This document shows, one piece after another, positions 35,040 to 49,400 of a stretch of 64,000 bases of DNA. A model generated the notes under the pieces. The model was not told where the DNA came from. It did no database searches and saw nothing but the letters and a program-made list of their open reading frames with translations. The stretch's first letter is position 1, and every line of letters starts with the position of its first letter. A program made the translations under genes and the position numbers. Source of the stretch: Narcine bancroftii (Eukaryota); the NCBI RefSeq assembly GCF_036971445.1, contig NC_091470.1, positions 278,070,001-278,134,000 on the forward strand, in the 5' to 3' direction.

Positions 35040-36600
35040 AGTGTAGAATGAGTGTGATTGGCTGAGAGTGTAACCACACCTACTGGCAGATTTTAAAGGA
35101 TTGCTCCTAGCCAGACCAGGTCATTCTGGACTGGTCGACCTACTTGTGATATGCTCCAGTCTTTGGAGTCTTGGTTGGATCAACAAGTCTTTGGTTCTTT
35201 CGACGCACGTTACAAGGTGCTTTTGCTAAGTTTGAGATGCACGATTAATGTGGATCTAAATTCTATAAATAGATACCCTCCCAATACCCAGAGCCTTCTG
35301 AAGGTTCAGAAAATACATCTACATGGTCACAATGAACCATAGTCCAATCCAATTGTCCCTTCTCTAAACTACAGTCATAGAGTCACAGCACAGAAAAGGA
35401 TGCTTCAGCCCACCACATATATACTGACCTTTTAGTCCTTCATACTTATCCTCTTTGCCCTTATTAGGTCCATATCCTTTTATGCCTGATTTATTCAAAT
35501 GTCTAAATGTCTCTTAAATGTTGTGATTATATCTGACCCACCTCCTCATCTTGCAGTGAGTTTCAGATATCAACCATTGTTGAGTGCCCCTTCTACAGTG
35601 GGACCATTGAATGCATCACAGCGTCGTATGGGAGCAGCTCTGCTGGTGATCGGTGGAATATATCCTCCTTTCCACAGCCTCCATATACATCTCCCACTGC
35701 CTAGAAAAGGCACCAACTTTCTGAAAGACCCATCACAACCTTGGCATACGCTTTTCCCTCCTCCCACTGGAGAGAAGTTTTCACAGTGTGAAAACACGAA
35801 CCAACAGGCTTAAAGACTTCTTCCCTGTAGCTAACAGGATCTTGAATAAACCCCATAAATGAGTTCACAGGGCCTTGTCTGGTATAATTGATCTTCCTTT
35901 TCAGTATAATACCAAGTTCTGTAAGTTGTGCTTCATACATGGCCAAATGTGACACAAGAGGTAACTGAGGTAAACAAGAAAATCTGCAGATGGTAGTGTC
36001 TAGTGCAATGCACAAAAGTGCTGGAGAAACTCAGCAGGTCTCGCAGAAGCTATCGGTCGTAAAAGGGCATTGACATTTTGGGTCTGAGTCTTTTGTCAGG
36101 AATGAGTTCCTCCAGAATTTTTGTGCACTGCCAGATAAAACCTATTGGATTTATCACAGAGGAACACTTTTCACTATACTAGGTATTTTGTGACAAATAA
36201 ACCCTCTGACCTGTATTGCCTTTAAAATGCTTCATATCACCTTAAACCTATCCCTCTCACCTTAGATAATCTGTCAATTCTATATATTAAACTGGGTTGT
36301 GGAAAAATAATATTCTAGATAAGAATGCAATATATTTATGCCATGAGAAGAAATAATTCAGATTATATAGATTAACTTTTCAAGAACATGTTATCAACAA
36401 GCAGTACAACAATAAACCAAGCAGTAGAAAGATGGTCACACTGACAGGAATAAAAGGTGGCAGAAATAATTCATGACACATTAGAAAAATGAAGATTTTA
36501 AAAGATGCTGCCACATTGCAGTTGATCAGTGATTGGTCTCAGCACTATGAGAAAACCGATATTTTAGTTTTACCCCTGGACATTTAGAAATGTAATTGCC

Positions 36601-38082
36601 AGGAACTCGTCCAGGATTCGCTGGAACTCGTCTCTAGGTGTGCTGATCGTGGCCATCTGCGGCTGCTCTGTATGGGATGCGTCGAGGCGAACGGCCTGGA
36701 AAGTCCAGGCGTCTACCAGGTGCCTACCTCGAATGTCCACTAGGAGGCTATGGGCGAGGAGGAAGTCGGCACCCAGGATGGCAGTTGGAGGGGATGAGAC
36801 GGAGAACTTTAGCTGGCCGATCTGAAAGTGGACTGTCTTGTTCCCATACGTCCGGATCTATGTTGCGTTGGCCGCACAGAGGGGAGGTTGGTTCCTGGAC
36901 TCAATGGCTGTGGCTGGGATGATGCTGATTTGGGCCCCAGTGTTGACGAGGAAACGCCGGCCACTGACTGAGTCCCACAGGTAGAGGAGGCTGTGTCCTT
37001 GGCCAGCCGCCACAGCCATTAACAGCAGCCGGCCTACTCATTTCCCTGGAACAAGCAGGGCTGACGACGCTTCCAAGCCTTGGCTCCCCAGCGCTAGTGG
37101 TAGAAGCAGAGGCAGAGGCCCGGTGCAGAAGTGTGTCCCTGGTTATGCTCTTGGTGGCCCCTACAGGGGCCGGGTGTTCTACCGCAGTGCCAGGGGCAGG
37201 CTTGGCGTGGCCATGCCCATGCCTCTTGACCTGCTGGACTGCCGAGCCCTCTGGGAATCGCTCGAGCCATAGCACTTGGTCCTTCTGACCAACCTTCCTC
37301 GGGTAGGTAAAGCTCTCTTGGGCCAGTAATGGCCAGATGTCGTTGGGCAGATGGTCAAGGAAATTTCACTCAAAGAGTGGGCAGTTGGTGTGATCACCCA
37401 TGGGCGCAAGCATCTCGTCCATCAGCTCCACCAAGGACCTGTTGTGCAAGGCGTCAAGGTACAGCATCCGAGTGGCTTGTTGACGCCTGGATAGTCCGAG
37501 GGATCCGGTGAGCACTCGCTTGATGGTCCCATATTTGTCTTCGGTGGATGGGTGCTGAACGAGGTGCAGCACACGTTTGGTGGTGGCCTGGTCCAGGGCG
37601 GCGACCACATGGTAGAATTTGGTCATTTCGGACTAAATCTGGCGGAGGTGAATCTGAACCTCCGCGTGGCCGAACCAGGTCTCCGGCTCATGAACCCAGA
37701 AGTCAGGGAGCTTGACGGCTATAGCACTGATCCCAGGTTTGCTCATGTTGGGTTCAATGATGTTTGAACCAGTCTGGGTCACCAATTCTAGTGGCAGCTA
37801 CACTGCTACTGAAAGAACACACAACCAGACGGGTTGAGCTCAGTGAGCAGAAAACTGGTTTATTGCTGACTGCCGGGCTGGACATATACTCCCAGCCTGG
37901 ACCTGGCTGAGAACCACACTGGGGGTCGCCGACGTCTCTTGGGTGTCACGTGGTCCCCCAGCACAGGCTTCTGAGCCTGGTGCTGAGAAAGGGAAACCTC
38001 CGACGGTGCCATTTTGGCCGGCTGCCCTGCCGTGTGAATTACAAGTGAGGCCGGTTCACCTGCCTAGTGGCATGCCACCACA
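36601..38082 (-). mobile_element. Gypsy 5' fragment (LTR, PBS, gag, protease), same family as 18645-21042
   Basis: LTR 37787-38082 aligns to 20768-21042; TKFYHVVAALD gag; FLVNTGA protease. Confidence 0.88.
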
Positions 38083-40533
38083 AGTAGTGTATTGTGCATG
38101 CTATGTGAAGTGTGGAGTAAGAACAAGGCACTCAGGGTTTTGTGGTCGAAGACTGCCATCTCTGTTTATATTCATTCCTGGCTGCTGAAGACAGGAGTGA
38201 CATCACCACAGAGCTGGCTTCCAACTGGCCAGCATTCCCGCTGCTGCCTGCTGGACGATGGCCTTCAGTCCCCCTGAGGCCCTCATGATGGCCACATTCA
38301 TCAGCCATTTTGTGAGCCTGATCATGTCTCGATTAGTGGGCTGCTACATGACTCCACCCCCCCCCACCCCCTGAATAGGCAATTGGAATGTCGTTCACCA
38401 CTTTTGGAGGGCTACCTCTGCATCACAGGGGCTGAGTGGTGATTTGCTGACTAATGTCAAAGTGGACCAGTTTTAGGCAGTCAAGGGTGAAGGTTTCCTG
38501 TTTGCTGGCAATGTCCAATACACACATCATTGTGCCTGATGACTTTGTACGGCCTCTCGTATGGCCATTGCAGGGGTGCCCAATGCACACCCCTTTGCAC
38601 AAAAACATACTCACAGGTTTGTAAGTCCTTGGGGACATAGTATCTGGGTTGGCCAAGTGGTGGGTACTGTGAAGGGGCCAGGGTACTCAATATTTCCCTC
38701 AATTGTTTTAATGAGTCTGCAGGGGTCTCTTGATCCTTGGCAGCAGCCAATTGTGTCCTGAACTGGCACTTGGCAGGGTTGATAGTCAGCCTGAATTCCT
38801 GCAAGTGGGTGCATAGTTGCCTGAGATGGCCCACGTGCTCTGAATGATTGCAGCTGGCGACGAGGATATTGTCCAAATAGATGAACACGAATGGGAGATC
38901 CTGCTCCGCTGAATCCATTAGCTGCTGAAAAATCTGGGCAGCGTTTTTAAGCCCAAAGGGCATCCTCATGAATTCAAGCAGTCTGAAGGAGGTGATTATG
39001 GCAGTTTTGGGGATGTCTTTAGGGTGCACTGGGATTTGATGGTGGTAAAGTCTTGGATATGGGGATATCTGCCCAGTATGGTGGCCTCTTTTTTTGTATA
39101 TAATTTTTTATTTTTCACACGGTGAACCATATCAACCAAAATATATATAAACGTTTCTCATTAAATATATACAGTGGCATTTTCTCCCATTTTTTTCCTC
39201 CTTACCTTCCCTCCCCCCTTCCCACCCCCTCCAAAACCAATAAATATTCAACATATACACGAAAATATCTATCTGATAATGTTGGATCCATTTTTTTAAC
39301 TTTTGAGGCATGATAAAAACCTGTGTAACCAATTATACTGTATCATGCGTAACCTTGTGTTTATTATATTCTTCATAGTTCTAGAACATAACTTTTCCCA
39401 TGTTTCATTTTTTATCTCTGTTTAAATCCTTTTCCCACTTTTGTTTAGGTTTAGAGCTTATTTCATCATTTTCCTTATCTTGCAGCTTAATGTACATGTT
39501 CATTATAAATCTTTTAATTATCATTCTGTCTGTAATCACATATTCAAAGCTGCTTCCTTCTGGTAATCTCAAACTGTTTCCCAATTTATCCTTTAAATAA
39601 GCTTTCAATTGATGATATGCAAACATTGTACCATGAGTTATTCCATATTTGTACTTCAACTGTTCAAATGTTAAATTATTTCCCAAAAAACAATTTTCTA
39701 TTCTTTTGATTCCTTTTCTCTCCCATTCTCTAAAAGAAAGGTTATCTATTGTAAAAGGGATTAGTGGGTTTTGTGTCAATAACAATTTTGGTATTTGGTA
39801 ATTTTTTTTTCCTTTCTAAGTGGATCTTCTTCCATATATTAAGTAAATGATGCAACACTGGTGAGCTTTTATATTGCGCCAGTTTTTCATCCCACTTATA
39901 AAGTATATGTTCTGGTACCTTCTCCCCTATTTTATCTAGTTCTATCATAGTCCAGTCTAGTTTTTCCCTTGTCTGGTAAAAATCTGATAAATACCTTAAT
40001 TGTGCGGCTCTATAATAATTTTTAAAGTTTGGTAACTGCAAACCACCTTGGTTGTACCTCTCTGTTAATTTATCTAACGCTATCCTCGGTTTCCCCCCCC
40101 CCCCTTTCCACAAGAATTTCCTTAGTTCATTAAAGAATTTCTCTGTTAAGGGAATTGGCAATGATTGAAATAAGTATTGTATCCTTGGGAAGACATTCAT
40201 TTTAATGAAATTTACCCTCTCTATCAACGTTAGTGGTAATTCTTTCCAATGTTCTAAGTATTCCTGCAATTTCTTTATTAGTGGCTGATAATTTAGTTTG
40301 TACAGGTGGCTTAAGATATTATCTAACCTAATACCTAGGTATCGGATTGCTTGTGTTTGCCATTTAAATTCTCGATAATCCGCGTTACTCATTGGCATCA
40401 CTTCACTTTTATTTGCGTTGATCTTATACCCTGATATTTCTTCATACTCCTTCAATTTCTTATGTAATTTTTTTATTGATATTTTTGATTCCATTAAGTA
40501 TACTATGATGTCATCTGCAAATAAACAGATTTT

Positions 40534-41414
40534 TTTAAACTTTATTTATTCGTTCAAAAAACAAATAATATATGACATATACAACAATTAACCATAAACA
40601 TGAACATTATTTTTTATATATAAAAAAAGAAAAAAAGAGAAAAGAAAAGAACACCCCCCCCCTCTTCACCCAACTCTCCTTAGGCGAGCCATAAAGAAAG
40701 AAAAAAGAAAAAATATTAAAGAAAAATTAAATATGCATATTAAGATCTAATCAATGTAAATTGAAATGTAAATATTCTGAATATAACAACCACTTATTAA
40801 TTAAAAATGATAATTATCACATGAAACATACATAATTTTTTTCCATTATTAAACAATATTTCATCTCATTATGCCATCTATTAATATCAATCATATTTGT
40901 ATCTTTCCACGTACTAGCAATACATTTTTTCGCTATGGATAAAGCTAAATATACAAAAGCAAGCTGAAACTTATCTAATCCCAAGGCTTTCAAAGGTTGC
41001 AAACTACCCAATAAAAATACTGTTGGATCTAAAACTATTTTAATCTTATACAGATATTCTAAAAACGATTGAATTTTCTTCCAAAAAGATTGTATATCTA
41101 TACATGACCAAACAGCATGAAAAAAAGTTCCAACCGTATCACTAGATCTAAAACACAAATCTGATTCACGAAAACCATACTTTTTTAATTTTTCAGGTGT
41201 TAAGTATAATTGATGTAAAAAAAAAATTATAGTTAATCATTGCATAATGAGTATTTATCAATCTAGTTACACTATCATAACAGATATCTAACCAACCATC
41301 TTCGGAAAATCCACTTCCCATTTACTTTTAGATCTATCCCAACCCTTTTTATCCATACCAACCTGTAATATTTGATACATAGATGAAATATAACCCTTCT
41401 CTGGTACCTTCATA
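40534..41414 (-). mobile_element. 5'-truncated L1 of a second family nested in the host L1 RT
   Basis: ORF 40817-41158 (GTFFHAVWSC); TSD AAATAAAC(A/T)GATTTT at 40519-40533 / 41415-41429, at the ISLFADD motif. Confidence 0.85.
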
Positions 41415-42783
41415 AAATAAACTGATTTTATTCTCCTTCTCCTTTATTTTTATCCCTTTTATTTTTTTTTCTATTCTTATCAGTTCTGCCAATGGTTCTA
41501 TTGCTAAAGCGAACAGTGAGGGGAATAATGGACATCCCTGTCTAGTTGACCTACTTAATTTAAATTTGCTCGATACATATCCATTTACTGTTACCTTTGC
41601 CAATGGTCCACTATATAATGCTTTAATCCAATTAATATATTTTTCAGGTAGATTGAACCTCTGTAATACTTTAAATAAATAATTCCATTCTATTCTGTCA
41701 AAGGCTTTTTCTGCATCTAAAGCAACAGCCACTGTTGGCTTCTTATTTCCTTGAACTGCATGAATTAGATTAATAAGTTTACAGACATTATCCGCCGTTC
41801 GTCTTTTTTTAATAAATCCAATTTGATCTTGTTTTACTATTTTTGGAACACAATTGGCCAATCTGTTTGCTAATAATTTTGCTATTATCTTATAATCTGA
41901 ATTAAGTAGAGATATTGGTCTATATGATGCTGGTGTTAGTGGATCCTTCCCTGTCTTTTGTATTACTGTAATTATTGCTGTCTTACATGAATCTTGCAAG
42001 TTTTGTGTTTCTTCTATCTGGTTCATTACTTCCAGGAGAGGAGGAATTAATAACTCTTTAAATGTTTTATAGAATTCTATTTGGAATCCATCCTCTCCAG
42101 GTGTTTTATTGTTCGGCAGCTTTTTTAATATATCCTGTACTTCCTCTATTTCAAATGGTTTTATCAGTTTGTTTTGTTCCTCTTCTTGCAATTTCAGCAG
42201 TTCAATTTTAGCTAAAAACTTTTCTATTTTATCATCTTTCCCCTCATTCTCAGTTTGGTATAATTGTTCATAAAATTCCTTTAAGTTTTCATTAATCTCT
42301 ATTGGGTTATATGTAATTTGTTTGTCCTTTTTCCTTGATGCCAATACAGTTCTTTTAGCTTGTTCTGTTTTAAGTTGTCAGGCTAATATTTTATTTGTTT
42401 TTTTTTCTCTCCTAGTTCGTAATACTTTCGCTTTATTTTCATTATGTTCTTCTTCACCTTGTACATTTGTAATGTTTCGTATTTTATTTTATTTGTCTGT
42501 CATTTCTCTCCTTTTTATTATATCATCCCTTTTTACTAGTTCCTTTTCTGTACTTACTATCTCCCTTTCCAACTGCTCTATTTCCCGATTGTAGTCCTTT
42601 TTCATCTTAGTTACATAACTTATTATCTCTAACGAAGCCTCTAATAAGGCTTTCATTGCATCCCATAATATAAATTTGTCTTTCACTGATTCCGTATTTA
42701 TTTCAAAATTTGTTTTAATTTGGCATTCAATAAACTCTCTAAATTCCTGCCTTTTAAGTAGCATGGAGTTTAACCTCCATCTA

Positions 42784-45700
42784 AAGGGGAGGTGGCGGCC
42801 CCGGCCTCGGTCGAGTGAGGCAGGCGGAGGCCCCGGTCCGGGCAGAAAGTAGCAGGCGGTGGCCCCGGTCCGGGCACAGGGAAAGAAGCGGCGGCCTCGG
42901 ACCTGGTCCGGGCAGTATGGACCGACCTAGGAGGGGAGGCAGACCCCTACAGCCCGGGTAAGAAACCTGCATAGGAGAAGGCCACTCCGATATAAAACCT
43001 ACGACCCAAGGACCTCGCTGCCACGTCCCACCTTGCTTGGCCACGGCACACGAACCATGGGTGTAAAGGGTGGGGCCAGTACTGCGCGCACTGCACTCCA
43101 CCTAAAAGCTCCTTTGCGCAGGCCCGAGGACAGGTCCACGTCCTCCCCCTCCACGTCCTTCCCCTCAAAAGATGCTCACAAACTCAAGCTAGCATGCTGG
43201 AACATCAGAACCATGCTAGACAAGGCTGACAGCCACCGACCTGAACATCGGTCTGCCCTCATTGCACATGAACTCCTCAGACTTGACATCGACATAGCCG
43301 CTCTCAGTGAAGTCCACCTGGCAGATGTAGGCAGCCTCCAAGAACGCGGCACGGGCTACACACTCTACTGGTCTGGCAAGCCTATGGATGAACGACGCCT
43401 ATCTGGTGTAGGCTTCATGGTCAAGAACTCCATTGCCTCCAAACTCGAAAACCTCCCGACAGGCCACTCGGACCGGATCATGTCCATGCGACTCCCCCTT
43501 CAAAACAAGCGTCGCATCACCCTCATCAGTGTCTATGCTCCAACCCTCCAGGCGGAACCAGCAGAAAAGGACAAGTTCTACACTGACCTGCGCAACCTCA
43601 TTCAATGCACCCCTACAGCCGACAAGGTTGTCATCCTTGGCGACTTCAACGCTCGCGTCGGCAAAGACTCAGAAACCTGGCCAGGAATCCTGGGCAAGCA
43701 TGGTGTCGGCAAGTGCAATGACAATGGGCGCCTCCTGTTGGAGCTCTGCGCAGAACAGCGACTTGTCATTACAAACACCCTTTTTCAGTAGAGGGACAGC
43801 CTGAAGACTACCTGGATGCATCCCCGATCCAAACACTGGCACCTCCTGGACTACGTCCTGGTGCGAGAAAGAGACAAACGAGATGTGCTCCACACCAGGG
43901 TCATGCCCAGCGCGGAATGCCACACTGACCACCGGCTGGTTCGCTGCAAGCTCAACCTTCACTTCAAGCCAAAGACCAGGAACAGTAAAGCCCCCAGAAA
44001 GAGGTTCAATGTTGGAAACCTGCAGTCAGACGAAATGAGAGGAAACTTCCAGGCAAACCTCAAAGCAAAGCTCGAGGATGCAATCCGCCTCACGGACTCA
44101 TCCCCTGAAACCCTCTGGGATCAGCTGAAGACTACCATACTGCAATCCACTGAAGAGGTACTGGGCTTCTCCTCCAGGAAAAACAAGGACTGGTTCGACG
44201 AAAACAGCCTGGAAATCCAGGAGCTGCTGGCAAAGAAGCGAGCTGCCCACCAGGCTCACCGTACAAAGCCGTCCTGGCCAGAGAAGAAACAAACCTTCCG
44301 TCGCGCATGCAGCCATCTTCAGCGCAAACTCCGGGAGATCCAAAATGAGTGGTGGACTAGCCTCGCCAAGCGAACCCAGCTCAGCACGGACATTGCGACT
44401 TCAGGGGTTTTTATGAGGCTCTAAAGGCTGTGTACGACCCCTCACCCCAAGTCCAAAGCCTGCTGCGCAGCTCAGATGGCAAAGTCCTCCTCAGCGACAA
44501 GATCTCCATCCTCAACCGATGGTCAGAACACTTCCAATCTCTTTTCAGTGCCAACCGCTCAGTCCAAGATTCCGCCCTGCTCCAGCTCCTCAACAACCCC
44601 TAAGGCTAGAGCTGGATGAGGTCCTCACCCGGGAAGAGACATATAAGGCAATTGAACAACTGAAAAGTGGCAAAGCAGCAGGTATGGATGGAATCCCCCC
44701 CAGAGGTCTGGAAGGCTGGCGGCAAAACCCTGCATGTCAAACTGCATGAGTTTTTCAAGCTTTGTTGGGACCAAGGAAAACTGCCTCAGGACCTTCGTGA
44801 TGCCATCATCATCACCCTGTACATAAACAAAGGCGAGAAATCAGACTGCTCAAACTACAGGTGAATCACGCTGCTCTCCATTGCAGGCAAAATCTTCGCT
44901 AGGATTCTTCTAAATAGAATAATACCTAGTGTCACCGAGAATGTTCTCCCAGAATCACAGTGCGACTTTCGCGCAAACAGAGGAACTACTGACATGGTCT
45001 TTGCCCTCAGACAGCTCCAAGAAAAGTGCAGAGAACAAAACAAAGGACTCTACGTCACCTTTGTTGACCTCACCAAAGCCTTCGACACCGTGAGCAGGAA
45101 AGGGCTTTGGCAAATACTAGAGCGCATCGGATGCCCCCCAAAGTTCCTCAACATGGTTATCCAACTGCACGAAAACCAACAAGGTCGGGTCAGATACAGC
45201 AATGAGCTCTCTGAACCCTTCTCCATTAACAATGGCGTGAAGCAAGGCTGCATTCTCGCACCAACCCTCTTTTCAATCTTCAGCATTATGCTGAACCAAG
45301 CCATGAAAGACCTCAACAATGAAGACGCTGTTTACATCCGGTACTGCATGGATGGCATTCTCTTCAATCTGAGGCGCCTGCAAGCTCACACCAAGACACA
45401 AGAGAAACTTGTCCGTGAACTACTCTTTGCAGGCGATGCCGCTTTAGTTCCCCATTCAGAGCCACCTCTTCAGCGCTTGACGTCCTGTTTTATGGAAACT
45501 GCCAAAATGTTTGGCCTGGAAGTCAGCCTGAAGAAAACGGAGGTCCTCCATCAGCCAGCTCCCCACCATGACTACCAGCCCCCCCACATCTCCATCGGGC
45601 ACACAAAACTCAAAACGCTCACCAGTTTACCTATCTCAGCTGCACCATTTCATCAGATGCAAGGATCGACAACGAGATAGACAACAGACTCGCCAAGGCA

Positions 45701-46415
45701 AATAGCGCCTTTGGAAGACTACACAAAAGAGTCTGGAAAAACAACCAACTGAAAAACCTCACAAAGATAAGCGTATACAGAGCCATTGTCATACCCACAC
45801 TCCTGCTCGGCTCCGAATCATGGGTCCTCTACCGGCATCACCTACAGCTCCTAGAACGCTTCCACCAGCGTTGTCTCCGCTCCATCCTCAACATTCATTG
45901 GAGCGACTTCATCCCTAACATCGAAGTACTCGAGATGGCAGAGGCTGACAGCATCGAGTCCACGCTGCTGAAGATCCAGCTGCGCTGGGTGGGTCACGTC
46001 TCCAGAATGGAGGACCATCGCCTTCCCAAGATCGTGTTATATGGCGAGCTCTCCACTGGCCACCGTGACAGAGGTGCACCAAAGAAGAGGTACAAGGACT
46101 GCCTAAAGAAATCTCTTGGTGCCTGCCACATTGACCACCGCCAGTGGGCTGATATCGCCTCAAACCGTGCATCTTGGCGCCTCACAGTTTGGCGGTCAGC
46201 AACCTCCTTTGAAGAAGACTGCAGAGCCCACCTCACTGACAAAAGACAAAGGAGGAAAAACCCAATACCCAACCCCAACCAACCAATTTTCCCCTGCAAC
46301 CACTGCAACCGTGTCTGCCTGTCCCGCATCGGACTTGTCAGCCACAAACGAGCCTGCAGCTGACGTGGACATTTACCCCCTCCATAAATCTTCGTCCGCG
46401 AAGCCAAGCCAAAGA
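42784..46415 (+). mobile_element. Near full-length RTE-clade LINE (APE + RT), frameshifted, nested in L1
   Basis: CWNIRT, ALSE, SVYAPT, LGDFNAR, TDH endonuclease motifs, then an RT nearly identical to 33509-35039. The host L1 frame PPRIY|RWRL rejoins exactly. Confidence 0.95.
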
Positions 46416-49400
46416 TATATTCTTGGTGGGATGTCCTCCAGTTCTATTGATAATAATAGGGGTGAATGATCTGATAGTAGTCTAGCTTTATATTCAGTTT
46501 TTCTAACTCTCCCTTGAATATGGGCCGACAACAAAAACATATCAATCCTTGAGTAGGTTTTATGCCTACTTGAATAATATGAGTATTCCTTCTCTCTTGG
46601 GTGCTTCCTTCTCCATATATCCATAAGTTTAATTTCCAGCATTGATTTAACCATAAATTTGGCTACTTTATTCTTTTTCTAGTCTTTTGTCCAGTTTTAT
46701 CCAACATTGGATCCAAATTAAGGTTAAAGTACCCTCCTATCAATATATTTCCTTGTGTATCTACAACCTTCAAAAAAAATATCCTGTTAAACTTTTGATC
46801 CTCCTCATTAGGTCCATATATATTGAACAAATTCCAGAATTCTGAGTATATCTGAATTAATTTTATTTTTGCTTGTGGTTAGACTTAATCATTACATACC
46901 TCCCTGCTGAATCTATTATTTCCTCCTCTATTTTGATTGGTACATTTTTATTAATTAATATGGCTACACCTCTAGCTTTTGAATTATATGATGCTGCCAC
47001 TACGTATCCAACCCAGTCTCTCTTTAATTTGTTATGTTCCACTTCAGTTAGATGTGTTTCCTACACAAATGCTATATCTATTTTTTCTTTATTCAGTAAA
47101 TTTAATAGCCTCTTCCGTTTAATTTGGTTATGTATTCCATTAATGTTTATAGTTCTATAGTTCAACATGGCCATCTCATATCCTGTTTACACCTCATTTC
47201 CGTTTCCTCACCATCACCATCCCCCTTTTTCTTATTTTCATCTCTGTTTTCCCTTTTTAAATTCAATGTATGACAACACATTTAAAACACAAAATACTCC
47301 AACAACTCCCACATCCAATATTCCCTTAACCCCAAATATCCCCCTCCCCCCGGAATTGCTCCTTATCCCTCTCTCCTTCTGTCCTGCAGGCATTCTGCAA
47401 ATTCTTGTGCTTCCTCCGGATCTGAGAACAGTCTGTTTTGCTCCCCAGGGATAAATATTTTAAGCACAGCTGGATGTCTTAACATAAATTTATAACTTTT
47501 TTCCATAGGATCAATTTTGCTGTATTAAACTCCTTCCTCTTTAAGAGTTTAAAACTAGGTAAAAAAGTATTTTTTGACCTTTGTATTCCAATGGTTTATT
47601 GTCTTCTTTAATTTTATTCCTTACCCGCTCCAGTATATTTTCTCTTGTCGTATATCTCAAAAATTTTACTAAGATGGATCTTGGTTTTTGATGTGTCTGT
47701 GGTTTTGGAGCTAGTGTTCTGTGTGCCCTTTCTATTTCCATTCCTTCCTGCATTTCTGTTGTTCCCAGGACCTTCGGGATCCATTCTTTTAAAAAATTCC
47801 TTCTTATCTGTGCCTTCTTCATCTTCCTTTAGGCCTACTATTTTTATGTTGTTTCGCCAACTATAATTTTCCAACATATCAATTTTTTGAGATAACAACT
47901 CTTGTGCCTCTTTAATTTTTAAATCACTTTCTTCCAATTTTCCTCGTAAGTCGTTTACTTCCATTTCTACAGCCGTTTCTCGTTCTTCCACATTTTCTAC
48001 ACTTTTCCCTATTTCTGTCATGACCAGTTCTAATCTTTGCATTTTATCTTCTGTTCTTTTCATTTCTCTTTTAATTGCACTAAATTCTAATGATAATCAT
48101 TCTTTTAATTCTCTCATATGTACTTCAAAAAAAGCTTTATCTAGATTCTGTTCATCTGTTTTACCTTCTATCTCTCTGTGAAGATCTTGGTGTTCTTCCT
48201 CTTCTGTGTCTGTACCTGTGTTTGTGTCTTCTTCTTTTCTTCTTTGTGTCTGTGTCTCTTCTGATTTTTCTGATGAGTAGTTTGTCTCACTTTGTTGGGT
48301 ATCTTCTTTCTTGGCCTCTTGCTGTTGGTCCTCTTCTTCTGAGCTGCTTATCTGTTGAGCCTCCTGCTGCTGCTCCTCTTTCCTTTCACCCCGTCGACTT
48401 TCTTTCTCACCTGGTACTTCACTCCCCCCTACTGCCGCTTTCCTCATCTTCCAGCTGAGAGCCCTGGTATCAGGCATCCCTCAGCTGGTCGCGCTGTGGT
48501 TGCCCGCTCCTCGGCTGAGCCCCCCTCCCGTCGGTGTTTTCCTTCACCTTAGATTGCGCACTTTTTGTTTGGCTCAGAGAGTCATTTTTGCAGTCCACCG
48601 GTCGGGGAGTCGCGACTTCGCGGGGCTGTCGCCAACCTCGGAGATCGGGCACTCTTCTCCACCACAGCTGCCTGTTCCTTCGTGCTGGTAAGGCCTTCTC
48701 TTTTCTTTTCCAGTGTCTTTTCTTCTTTTTTCCCCGTTGTTTTTACTTTTTCCTTTGTAGGTGCCATTTTCTTTCTCTTCTCTGCTTTTATTTCTTATAT
48801 TTTGTATTTATTGAACTTTGTCTTTTCTTAACTTTTTTTCTTCTTTTCAGGAGAGGGAGGGTTTTACCCTACCGGCCACTACTCCATCACGTGACTCCCC
48901 CGGCTGTGGTGGCCTCTTTGAGGCATTGATAATCACCACACGGCCTCCACCCTCTTGCTACTTTCGGAATCATATCCCCAGCTCCTCCATTTTCTTAAAC
49001 TCCTCTTTGGCAAGGGCAAGTTTCTTGGGGATGAGGCAGTGCACCTTGGTGTAGAGCCCTCGTTTGGGATGTAGTGCCTTACCCTGTACTTCGGCTCAAT
49101 GGAGAAGAATTATGACACCATGATTGCAGGGAACTATATCAGGATACAAGTGTAGGCATTGTCAGACTGCATGGTGGAGTCAAGGGGGGGGCGGCCAGAA
49201 GCTTGGCTTCCCTCAGGGATATCGACTGAAAAGTTCTGGCGTGCACCAAATGCAGACTGTGGGAGCACAGGAAGTCAGCTCCCAGGAGCGGTTGCACCAC
49301 TGCTGTGCTTGTGAAAGTCCATGTGGACCGGTGGCCACAAAATCATAGGGGCATAATGCAGGTGTCGTAAGTTTGTATGGAATTGTTATTTGCTGCCCTC

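Larger units (their letters stand above)
39092..48906 (-). mobile_element. L1-type LINE with 5' UTR, ORF1 and ORF2, disrupted by two nested insertions
   Basis: 5' start GGGGAGTCACGTGATGG near 48900; ORF1 coiled coil/RRM 47450-48770; endonuclease (YSRIDMFL, SDHSP); RT 41349-42344 and 39742-40520; A-rich tail; TSD core TGGTGGCCTCTTT (39079-39091 / 48907-48919). Confidence 0.92.
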
